Assembly (NCBI RefSeq): GCF_001194135.2
Contig: NC_068986.1
Coordinates: 4,669,108 to 4,723,764, forward strand
Origin: Octopus bimaculoides
Taxonomy: Eukaryota
Direction: 5' to 3'
Length of the DNA stretch: 54,657 bases
The notes beneath the pieces were generated by a model. The model did not search any database, had not been told where the DNA came from, and saw nothing but the letters and a program-made list of their open reading frames with translations. Below are positions 1 through 10,022 of this stretch, in pieces (the stretch's first letter is position 1; each line of letters opens with the position of its first letter). Position numbers and translations under genes: made by a program.

Positions 1-230
1 GGCACATAAAAGACACCATTTTGAGCGTGGCCGTTTTCGTGCGGGTGGCACGTAAAAGCACCCACTACACTCTCTGAGTGGTTGACGTTAGGAAGGGCAT
101 CCAGCTGTAGAAACTCTGCCAAATTAGACTGGAGCCTGGTGTTGCCATCCGGTTTCACCAGTCCTCAGTCAAATCGTCCAACCCATGCTAGCATGGAAAG
201 CGGACGTTAAACGATGATGATGATGATGAT
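1..230 (+). mobile_element. SINE/LINE-tail family C with (GAT)n tail, truncated by window start
   Basis: AGGAAGGGCATCCAGCTGTAGAAACTCTGCC..CCAACCCATGCTAGCATGGAAAGCGGACGTTAAAC(GAT)n. Six copies in the window. Confidence 0.85.
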
Positions 231-3006
231 ATATATATATATAGCAAAGCTTGTAAATTAAGATATTATATATGTAGAGCATAGGTTCAAAACTTGGGGT
301 GGGGTTTTATAGCAGATGTTTGTGGGGTGGGGTGGAATATCCAAATATAATAATACCCACTCAAAAATATGCGATTGTCTGATTGTTATTTGGTGACTTA
401 ATCTATCTAATGACACCAGTAAAACATGCAAATTGAAAGAATATTAAATGTATTACTTTAAAATATTACAGCTGTCTCCTCTTTATTTTCTCTGCCATCA
501 TTGTTATCTTAATTTCCCAAAAGAAAAACCTCACAAATCCATATTTTACATCTTTCCTTTAGTCTCTTTCAAATACTTTCATTCTCCTTGTCACTCATTT
601 ACTTTCAAGATCACCACCACCCCAACCCTTTTTTTTTCTTCTTATATGTTCTATCTCCTTTCATGTTCTTTTTCTCTTTGTGTTTCCACATGTTCTGTTA
701 ACTTTTAAACCCTTTTCTCTTTTAGAACTTTTCATTTTATTCCCTGAAAGCCTTTATTTTATACTCTCCTTTCAAGTTCAGTGTTTTTGTATATTTTTTA
801 TTGTTTTTCTTATTTTTTTCATTTTTGCTTTTCTTTCATCTTTACATTATCCATTTAACTCTATCTCCCCTCTAAATTATGTGCTTATTTCTCTATTTTC
901 CTCTACCTTCTTGTCCTCCCTTTTTCCCATTCCCCTAGACTTTAATTCTCAAGTACTCATTTAACCTTTCCTATTACAATCCTAATTGATCAAAGAGAAT
1001 CAATAACAAAAATTTGTTTAGTTACAAATTGGTTCCTCCATTAAAATCTTTTATAATCTTTATCTTCTGTTGACTGTAAGTAATCAAATGCTCCATCTTT
1101 GATTCATTAAGATAGCCACCATGTTTTAAATGTTATCGTCAATATTTTATCTACTTTTGGTTAAAAACTATAAAATATAAAACAAAGGAATTTATAAGAA
1201 AAACCTGCATTGAAAATATAAATTTCTTTACATGCATGTTTCTTTACCTTTTCTTAAAATGTTTTGATGTTAATTTTTGCCTAAAATTTCAAAAATATAT
1301 ATTTTTTATTTGTTTGTTTTATAGGTTTTATGCTGTGGCTTTTGAATGCTAAACAGTGAGTAATTGAAATTAAAATAAATTAACTTCAGTTCTTACATAA
1401 TGATTTTACAACACTTCATCTGTTCATTTTTCATCCGTGTTACTTTGGGTTCTGTTCCCTTGTTGATTTGAGTCTCTGTACTCCTTAACAATACATATAT
1501 GGAGGGAAACATTCGATTAAAAACAAAAATGTGTTTGTGTGTGTGTGTATGTTTTATTTCCATGTAGAAATAACATAAAACATTTATGGTTTCCAGTCTT
1601 GTATAAATTTTTATAAAATGACATCGCTGTTTTCTTATTTCCCTGCTAAATTACTTTAATTAAAATTTATAGAGTTCTATAATTTATATACTTGGGCAGC
1701 TAATTATTCTGAAAAATTTTCTATCTATTGAAAGTCACCCCTATTTACAAACTTTTTGATAACACAATGTTTGCTCTTTAATTAGTTTGTTTTGTTTTCG
1801 TAATCTATACATCACCTTCAGACTGCCTCCGGTTCTTTGACACAGACTTCCTGTTTTAAAGTTATCTAAATTAAAATATTTCATCAAAATTTCATGTTAA
1901 TTTGTCTTAGGTATTTTTCTAAATTCTTCATTCTTTTCAAAATTATTCTAAATGAAGGCAATCTACTTCAACAGAAATATAGTAACATAAGGATTATGTA
2001 TAAAATTATCTTATATTTTTTTCTCTAGTTTCCAATAGCAAAAATCTTCTTTACATTCCTCAATATATACTAAATTTTCTAATGACTCTGCAATAGTAAT
2101 TCTAAACTTGATATTCTCATGTTCAAGAAAAAATAATTAAGCAGCATAGTCGTACTAATTATCATATATCACTGTAGACGAAAATATATTGATTTCTAAC
2201 TTTGGTACAAGCCACACACTTTGTGGAGGTATAGTCAATGATAACCAGTAGTTAACCGATCAGCCCCAGAAGAATGAAAGATAATGTGAGTAGTTTGGGC
2301 AAAATTCTTGCTTAAAATGGACATAAAATATATTGATCAGACTACAGTTTTCTAAGAGGTGAAATAACTTAGCTCTTCTCATTTATTTTATTCACAACAA
2401 TGGCAACCAGCTTTATTTGTTGTTTTTATTTAGCCTCCAATTCCTATTTAACCATATGGTTAAATCACCATATGGACATGTTTTTCTATCTGTTCATTTT
2501 GGCACATTTATTGAAGCTACTTGCTTCCTTTTATAGCTTTATGAATATCCTCACATATTCCTGTTAATTTATCTTCCACAGTGCATGGTGTAATAAACAG
2601 TTTTGCTTAACTTCCTATAATCACTAAAGAAAAAAAAAAATGCCCTTCCTGTAAATTCTTTATTTCTCATAGAAACTGAAAAATTCTAATGATATTGTCT
2701 ACTGTCTCCTCCACTTGACTTCTAAAAAAGAAAGGAAGAAAAGAAGGAAGGCAGGCAGGCAGGCATCTGTAGACATCATACATGTATGCTTAGAATAACA
2801 GATTGTATTGTAATAGATATTTAGAAATAACACTACTTACTGACAATGTTGTTGATTTTTCATCTCAACAGTAAAGACTTGTGTTTAATTGTAAGTGTTT
2901 TAAATTTTACTTTTTATAACCTGTGAAATGATCTGCTAATTACTGTGAATTAGTAGTTAAGCAAACTTTACAGCATTTACCTTTTTAGTTTATTATTGTA
3001 TAGCAT

Positions 3007-3147
3007 AAGGTAGTGAGCTGGTAGAATTGTTAGCATTTCTTCTGGCTTTACACTCTCAAGTTCAAATTACACAGTCTGATTTTGCCTTTCATCCTTTCAA
3101 TGTAATTCCCCAAAACTTCAGGCCTTGCACCTATAGCAGAAAGGATT
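3007..3147 (+). mobile_element. tRNA-derived SINE family B, internally deleted
   Basis: AAGGTAGTGAGCTGGTAGAATTGTTAGCA head, GTTCAAATT B box, TTTGCCTTTCATCCTTT core, GGCCTTG..ATAGCAGAAAGGATT end. Confidence 0.7.
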
Positions 3148-3362
3148 TATTGTATAGCATCCATTCTTTTTAATTTATTTCATTGTTTCAACATCTGTTT
3201 TCTTAGCTGTCAGTATAAATAGAATGGCATTTCACAAAGATGGATATTTATATATTTTGAGGGCTGTTTTACCATGATAAATAAAATTTATTGGCCTTTA
3301 GGCAGAAGAGAGATTGTGCATCTGGGTGTACCAAAATGGCAAACATTGGTGTCTGCTGTCAT

Positions 3363-3458
3363 GCCACCTAGTGGCCTATCTCATCGAAAGGACCTAATTC
3401 AGCTATCTTTGCCACCCGGTGGTGTTTGCCAGCTAAGGGACATAATTCAACTATCTTT
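3363..3458. repeat. 2 x 48-bp tandem repeat containing CTCF-like motifs
   Basis: Units GCCACCTAGTGG...TAATTCAGCTATCTTT (3363-3410) and GCCACCCGGTGG...TAATTCAACTATCTTT (3411-3458). Confidence 0.8.
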
Positions 3459-3624
3459 GCTATGCTACATGGCCATTCCTTTAGGCTTTTGCTAGGAATA
3501 GAACCCGTTAACAATTACACAAGCTAACATAGACATTTATTTGCATTTCTTACAAGCAAAGCGCAATTGCTCAAGTATTCAGAGTGGAATTTGTGACTAT
3601 TCAGTTTCTATTCCAGCATGTTGA

Positions 3625-3826
3625 AGACATAGCCATTACTCAGCCTACTAAGAAATAGCTAACAAATATCAACCCTCAGATCATAACTTCTTATCTTTAA
3701 AAAAAACAAGGGACAAGTTGAACAATGTAGTCCTAAATATACAAGCAGATGGGATGGTCATGGTGGGAATATATTTAATCATAGGTCTACTTGATCAGGA
3801 CTAACCTCAGACTAAACAACAATAAC
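3625..3826 (+). repeat. Interspersed family D with (AAC)n tail
   Basis: Shares AGATGGGATGGTCATGG, TTGATCA and CTAAACAAC(AAC) with 42850-43025, 53770-53906 and rc 11605-11760. Confidence 0.55.
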
Positions 3827-4296
3827 TACCTCCATTTTGTCACTCAGAAGAAACAATCTTGTATATGAATAAAATAAACTGTATCTTTACCTGTAAGAAA
3901 TACTTCATGAATGTGTTTATGTCTGTATCTGACACATTTATAAAAGTGGATTGTATCAATCTACTGACAGATCACATCTGAATATTCTGCTTAAATTTGC
4001 AACAAAGATTATTTGACCTTTAACTATTGAAGCTGATTGAAACAGATTTCTGGAAAATGTAAATTAAATGTAGAGGGGTTCCTCATAGCAGGTGGTCTTC
4101 AGGAAATAGTTTAGGATAAGGTGCACTATTTCATGCTTAATTATGTGAAAAAATAGTTTTGGATGCACTTTTTGATGCATGATTTAGTGAAAAAATAGAT
4201 TTGGATGCATTATTTAGCATAACAGTTATTCAAGAAACTAAGTAGTAAATGCTGCAGGATTTAGTGAGGAAATTGATTTAGTAATACTAAATACAT

Positions 4297-4437
4297 AGGT
4301 GCAGGTATGGCTGCTTCACAGCCCTGTGGTCTTAGGTTCAATCCCACTGTATGGCACCTTGAGCAAGTGTCTTCCATGGCCCTGAGCTGACCAAAGTCTT
4401 GTGAGTGGATTTGGTAGACAGAAACTGCAAGAAGCCC

Positions 4438-4440
<3 letters not shown>
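4297..4440 (+). mobile_element. SINE family A, 5' half
   Basis: Colinear with 51487-51650; ends in (TA)n. Confidence 0.75.
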
Positions 4441-4485
<45 letters not shown>

Positions 4486-4489
4486 TGTA

Positions 4490-4860
4490 TGGGTACAGAA
4501 CGTCACCAACTGTGTAAACAACATGAAGTATGAAAACAAATGAGTTAAATATGCAAACGAGATANNNNNNNNNNNNNNNNNNNNNNNNNNNNNNNNNNNN
4601 NNNNNNNNNNNNNNNNNNNNNNNNNNNNNNNNNNNNNNNNNNNNNNNNNNNNNNNNNNNNNNNNNNNNNNNNNNNNNNNNNNNNNNNATATATATATATA
4701 TATATATAGTTCAAATTTACAGAAAACAAAAGACAAAGACAGGTGTAGGAACAACAAGTAGGTGTATTAGTTTAACACTTGGGGAGAATGGAAAAGTCTT
4801 TGGCTTTTCAAGCTTACGCTCTTCAACAGACAAAAACAAAAGGAGAGAGAATGAAAAAAT
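4490..4860. mobile_element. Probable Penelope-like element terminal fragment spanning a gap
   Basis: Carries a hammerhead-like core on the minus strand (4796-4830), as PLE pseudo-LTRs do. Family identity is from recall only; no RT or GIY-YIG coding sequence is visible. Confidence 0.35.
4565..4687. other. Assembly gap (N)
   Basis: Run of N between TA microsatellite edges. Confidence 0.99.
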
Positions 4861-4889
4861 GTGTAGGGATTAACGGTTCAACATGATGT

Positions 4890-5130
4890 ATGTATATGTA
4901 TGTATATCTATGTGTGTCTTTGTACTGTGTTTGTTACCTGTCACCCCCTGACAGTCTTGGTTTGTTTATGTCCTCATAACTTAGGAGCTCAGCAAAAAAA
5001 AAACAAAAAAACTGCTAAGTATCAAGCTTAAGAAAAATAAGTACAGGGTTTGATTCACTTGACTAAATCTTTCAAGGCATGCCCCAGCATAACCACAGTC
5101 CAATGATTGAAACAAGAAATAAGATTAAAA
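4890..5130 (+). mobile_element. SINE family A, 3' half (decayed)
   Basis: Colinear with 51680-51890 (cataacttagg..cccagcataaccacagtccaatgattgaaacaag). Confidence 0.6.
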
Positions 5131-5616
5131 ACTTAAAAAAACATGAGGCCATTATGAATTTGTATGGCTTCAGCATGTATTATGAAGTGAATATTTTAAG
5201 TCTTTTAAGTCTGGGATTGTTCATTTTTTCTTCGAATTAAAATTCTTTTCTATTTAAACATTGACAAATTGCCATCAAATGATAGAAAAAAAAATTTTCA
5301 TTGGGAAAAAAGGGGAGTGTCTGGAAAAACAGTTGCCTGTAATAACAAGGGAAATGATACTGAATTTCAAGGCTGCAAATAAATGGTGGGATACATCGAC
5401 TGTATCTAGGACCACATTAGCCAAAGTGTTCTTCCATTTTCTTAAAAATAAGTGTGAACTGAGAAACTTGAAGTTGCTATTTTTAGCTGGTGGAGCAACA
5501 ACATAGGAACTCCCCACCAATGTTTTTGCCTTTTATTCTTTTAGCATTAACAGTTGACCGTTCACCAATACATGTGGTCTTATGTCTTAGAAATAATAAC
5601 TGTTGTTGTTATTGCA

Positions 5617-5832
5617 AAGGTGGTGAGCTGACAGAATTGTTAGCACAGCGAACAAAATGCTTAGTAGCATTTTGTCTGTTTTTAAGTTATGAGTTCAAAT
5701 TCCACTGAGGTTGACTTTGCACTTCATGATTTGGGGATTGATAAAATGAGTACCAGTTGATCAATGGGATCAATAAGATCGGTTTACCCACCTCCCTCAA
5801 AAATTGCTTGCTTTGTTCCAAAATTTGAAACC
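5617..5832 (+). mobile_element. SINE family B
   Basis: Colinear with 31490-31703. Confidence 0.8.
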
Positions 5833-5844
5833 ATTATTATTATT

Positions 5845-6029
5845 AAGGTGAAGGTGGAAAGTTGACAAAACTGTTAGCACACTGAGGAGAATGTTTTGTT
5901 CCAGCTTTTTACATTCCAAGTTCAAATTCCAGTGAGGTTGACTTTGCCTTTCATCCTTTTGTGGATCAATAAAATAAGTGCCAATCAAACACTTAGGTAA
6001 TCAACTAACCCTCTTTCCCCAAAATTTCA
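5845..6029 (+). mobile_element. SINE family B (tandem with previous)
   Basis: GTTCAAATTCCAGTGAGGTTGACTTTGCCTTTCATCCTTTT core. Confidence 0.75.
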
Positions 6030-6068
6030 TTGGCAGACATATTCATTCTTTATATATTCTGACAGATT

Positions 6069-6284
6069 AAGGCAGTATGGTTAGCACACCAAGCAAAATA
6101 CTTAGTGGCATTTCAACCATCTTCACATTCTGAATTCAAATTCTGTCAAGGTTGACTTTGCCTTTCATCCTTTTGAGCGGGGGAGGGGGGGGGTCAGTAA
6201 AGTAAGTACCAGTTGAGTACTGAGGTTGGTGTAATCAACTTACCCCTCCCCCAAAATTGCTGGCCTTGTACTAAAATTTGAAAT
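6069..6284 (+). mobile_element. SINE family B (third in tandem cluster)
   Basis: Same core and CCCAAAATTGCTGGCCTTGT..AAAATTTGAAA end. Confidence 0.78.
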
Positions 6285-6385
6285 TAACATAGTCTAGCAG
6301 ATTCAATCATAAATATGCTAATCACTGTTGAATTTCATCACTGGATAACAACTTTTCCTTTCAGTCGAATGTGTTTGTAATACAC

Positions 6386-6478
6386 TTGATTCATTGAGGT
6401 GAGGCAACTTTGAGGCATTGGTGTTTCAACCTTATTGTGTGTCTCCTCAGCCTGAGCTACCCATATCCAATGAATCAA
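6386..6478 (-). ncRNA. Type I hammerhead ribozyme-like fold, copy 1 (decayed)
   Basis: Minus strand: stem I GGUAGCUCAGG / UCAAAGUUGCC (9/11 pairs), core CUGAGGA (6444-50), stem II GAC/GUU with 10-nt loop, GAAAC, 10-nt stem III segment. Distal perfect 11-bp helix from 6386-96 and 6468-78 beyond an internal loop. Confidence 0.72.
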
Positions 6479-6636
6479 ACAGCATTTTTTTACTCTTGTT
6501 TGTAAGATTCAGTATATAAGTTATTTACTGATGCATGCTGATGTTTGCCAACTGATAATAAACCACACATGCACGGTAAGCAGCAAGAATCCAAATAATG
6601 ATTAACATATTCATTCTTAATACATTCCAGTACTAA

Positions 6637-6693
6637 GGGGACCTTGGAAAATCAGTGTTTCAACATTGTTGTCTTTCTTCAGCCAAAGCTACC
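6637..6693 (-). ncRNA. Type I hammerhead ribozyme-like fold, copy 2 (decayed)
   Basis: Minus strand: stem I GGUAGCUUUGG / CCAAGGUCCCC (9/11 pairs), core CUGAAGA (6676-82), ..GUU-GAAAC. Same register as copy 1. Confidence 0.62.
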
Positions 6694-8154
6694 ATGGACA
6701 ATGGCAGATTTGTAGGAGCACGCCATCCCCAGTTTTCTTCTTCAGACTGACTGATAAAAGGAAATGAACAAAACCAAAGTTGGTTTTTAGATATGACAAA
6801 ATTGTAGATGAAATACAATAGTACTTTCTTCATCAATTTGTAGAGAAAATTATAAATAAATAATTAAGAGAAAATATGAGAGGTAAATATAGTACTGGAG
6901 CTAATCATTGCCTGGTAAATCTGTACAGTTAATGTCATTTGTGGTAATCACTATGGATTACAATCATGAAATGCACTTGGAATACAAGAACGTTAGTAAT
7001 AATTCAGCTGCTATGTTCACTAATCTTTCCCTCCTGGAAGAAATCTTAATTACAAATAGTAAGCTAAAGGAAATAACACAAGTGGGCCAATGGTTTTAAT
7101 TTAGGTAAATCAGGTAGGTCATGATATACTCAATGGCATATACAAACAGCTCTTCATTGATTGAAATTTACCTTTTAGTTGGAGAAAGATTACAAAAACC
7201 TAGCAGTGACTGCTGGTGATTCTGTTAAAGGTGGGGAAATCATTTCAAGAAAGTACAAATTAATTTCACAGAAACTTGAATTTTCATGTATAGTGGGTAA
7301 AACCTGATATTTGTTAGCACTGTGGCAATTTTAGCTAAATTATAGCAATAGCTTTCTTTAATGGCATGCCAGATTGAAAAATAAAAACTTATTGTGTCTA
7401 TCATACTACTTGTTATTATAAGCTGCAACAGTGATTCACACACACACACACACACACACACATCCACAGTTAAGTTCTTGACTGAGTGCTATTCATAAGA
7501 ACAAAATATAAAAAACTCAAGCAGTCTTGTTTTAATTTGAAATTATTTGTATTATGACCATTGGGGAAATCCCAGTTAAACAGTAGATATTATCTGTTGA
7601 TCAAGTAAATCTAAATCTAAAAATCGAAATTCTTCCATTATAGTCATATTTGCCAAAGATTTCTGTCAGAACACTGAAGGAATAAAAAAATAAAAATAAA
7701 ATAAAAATATTATTAAGTCTGAAATTATTACCTTTTGTCATCAGATTTTGTTTATCTCCAGAGATTAATGAAGTGTTAGTGAATTGTTTTCTAAATAAAG
7801 TTGAGTTAACATGAAGACTAACATCATATTTTCATGTTTGCTTCATTCAATAATGACACTCTTCACTTTGTTCATCTTGACAATGCTTCAGGGAAAGAAC
7901 TTCTTAGTCATCTCATGAAACACAGAAACTACAAGTTGCAATATTATAGCTGAAATGATACTGTAACAACCCCTCAGTGCCACTAATTGAAATATAATTT
8001 CTTTAATATGATAGAATTTTCTCTATAATGAATGTGATGCCCACAACTACATCCTAAGTATACTACAATTCTGATCTTATGTACAACAGCTATAAGCTAT
8101 CAACCACTGACATAGAATTAATGCTATGGCTTGTCTGTCTGTTTGTGTGTGCGT

Positions 8155-8192
8155 ATGTATGTATATATGTATATACATATATATACACGCAT

Positions 8193-8232
<40 letters not shown>

Positions 8233-8279
8233 GTAAGCCTCTATATATATATATTTATATATGTGTGTGTGTGTGTGTG
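8155..8279. repeat. Compound (TA)n/(CA)n/(TG)n microsatellite flanking the maT element
   Basis: Direct inspection. Confidence 0.9.
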
Positions 8280-8283
8280 AATA

Positions 8284-9513
8284 CAGGGTGCAGTGAATAA
8301 ATTGTTGTCTAAATTATGCAAAAATGAAAATAACACTGACATTTCATTTTAACAGATATATTTACCAAAATTGCATTAAAATATCTTGAAATACTAAAGA
8401 GTAAATTTATTCAATATAATCGCCATTTGCTTCAACCACAGCCTCCAGACAATTTCAGAATCTCCTGCAGCTCTTCTGAATAGTTTCCTTGTTTAAGATG
8501 GTGAATGCTGCCTTAATCCATGTCTTCAGTTCATCTTTGGTGTTACTTGGAGTTTTGTTGGTCTCTCACTCAACTGCACCCCACACATAATAATCAAGAG
8601 GGTTACAGTTTGGGGAGTTAGGTGGCCAAATGTTAAAGGTGACGTGGTCACAGAAATTGTCTGACAGTCACAACTAGGTTTTCCTGCTTGTGTAGCATGG
8701 TGCAGAATCCTGTTGCCAGATATAGAGTCTTCCAGCAGTCACCCTCTTGATCTAGGGCAGCACTACTTCCTCCAGGCACTTGATATAAACCTCCATGTTG
8801 AGTTTGAAGCCGTGTGGGAAGATGAATGGAGGCACAATGTCGCCATCATTAGTGACTACTCCAAACACCATGATGTTGACTGGATGTTTGATTTTTATCA
8901 CTCTCGGTACATGTTTTGGAGGCATGGCAAGCCAACAGTTGTTCTGTGTGTTCACCCTCTGATCCTGACAGAAATCCTTCTCATCTGAGAAAAACCAAAG
9001 CATGTTCAGTTGGTGGGGATGCCTGAGTTTGTTCAAAAGCTTCATAGTGTGATCTTTTCTCCTGTCCTTGATGGCTTGTGATAAAAATTGGCCTTTCTCA
9101 TCTCGTATGAAGAATACTGAATGTCTTCATGTACTGCCTGCCTGATAAGAAACTCAGACACTTCCATGTGCCTGGCGATGGATCTGATTGACTTTGAGGA
9201 ATGATCAGAATGAGTTTTTCAAGCTGTCATACCTTCATAATCACCATTAGACTCATCCAACTCTTTGCGAATCTTCTGCACTGTCCTCAGATTGACACAC
9301 AAACACTCTGAAATGTTTGTATTGGAGCTTCCGGCACAAATGCCAAGCAGTACAGCCTGTCGTTTCAAATTTCTGGCAGCATGATGCTGTTTTTCTCACA
9401 GACTGTGCCCAACTAACCCTACTATACTGTGTAGTCGATAAAATCAAAAACAAACAATGCACATGCGCAAAATTAAAATTATAAAATGGTAACAATTTAC
9501 CCATCGCACCCTG
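8284..9513 (-). mobile_element. DD37D (maT/Bmmar1-like) IS630-Tc1-mariner DNA transposon, 1230 bp, decayed
   Basis: 23-bp TIRs CAGGGTGCAGTGAATAAATTGTT (8284-8306) and CAGGGTGCGATGGGTAAATTGTT (rc of 9491-9513), 4 mismatches. TA on both sides (8282-83, 9514-15). Contains a transposase pseudogene. Confidence 0.92.
8407..9382 (-). pseudogene. DD37D transposase pseudogene
   Basis: Manual translation across frameshifts and stops: HTH NISECLCVNLRTVQKIRKELD; SIRSIARHMEVSEFLIRQAV; WFFSDEK; HPVNIMVFGVV; WQQDSAP...WPPNSPNCNPLDYYVWG with 37 residues between the 2nd and 3rd Asp; ends EANGDYIE*. Confidence 0.9.
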
Positions 9514-9540
9514 TATATGCATGTGGTGTGTGTGTGTATA

Positions 9541-9843
9541 TCATCATCATCATCATCATCACCATTTAACATCTGCTTTTCATGTTAGCATGGGTTGGAC
9601 AGTTTGACAGAGGACTGGCAAGCCAATCTGCACTAGGCTTCAGGCTGCACCAGGCTCCAAACTGATCTGGCAAGGTTTCTACAGCTGGATGTCCTTCCTA
9701 ACACCAACCATTCCAAGAGTGTGGTGGGTACTTTTTATGTGCCACTGGTACAGGAGTCAGTTAGGGGGCACTGGCGTTGACCCCGTTCGGATGGTGCTTT
9801 TTACATGCCACTGTCACAGGAGCCAGTCAGGGGGCACTGGCAT
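9541..9843 (-). mobile_element. Family C
   Basis: rc of 1-230, with two internal direct-repeat modules. Confidence 0.8.
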
Positions 9844-9864
9844 GTGTGTGTATATGTATATGCA

Positions 9865-9908
<44 letters not shown>

Positions 9909-10022
9909 TGTGTGTGCGTGTATATATATGTATGCATGTGTGTGTGTGTATATATATATGTATTTGCATGTGTTTGTAAATATATGTGTGTATATATATG
10001 TATGTGTATGTGTGTATATATA
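9844..10022. repeat. Compound (TA)n/(TG)n microsatellite
   Basis: Direct inspection; source of the YIYI/CVCV ORFs. Confidence 0.9.

Noticed and set aside
140-175. Family C minus strand reads CUGAGGA-CUGGU-GAAAC, resembling a hammerhead core
   Set aside because: The five intervening nt cannot form stem II, no stem I/III pairing is evident, and GAAAC is not conserved in the other five copies.
296-337. Four G4 runs (possible G-quadruplex)
   Set aside because: The central loop is about 19 nt and there is no functional context; not distinguishable from chance.
448-964. Two hydrophobic ORFs (86 and 94 aa)
   Set aside because: Pyrimidine-rich low-complexity DNA yields F/L/S-rich frames; no motif or splice support.
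1748-1997. Possible old piggyBac-like MITE
   Set aside because: The termini are too decayed and there is no second copy in the window; it rests on recall only.
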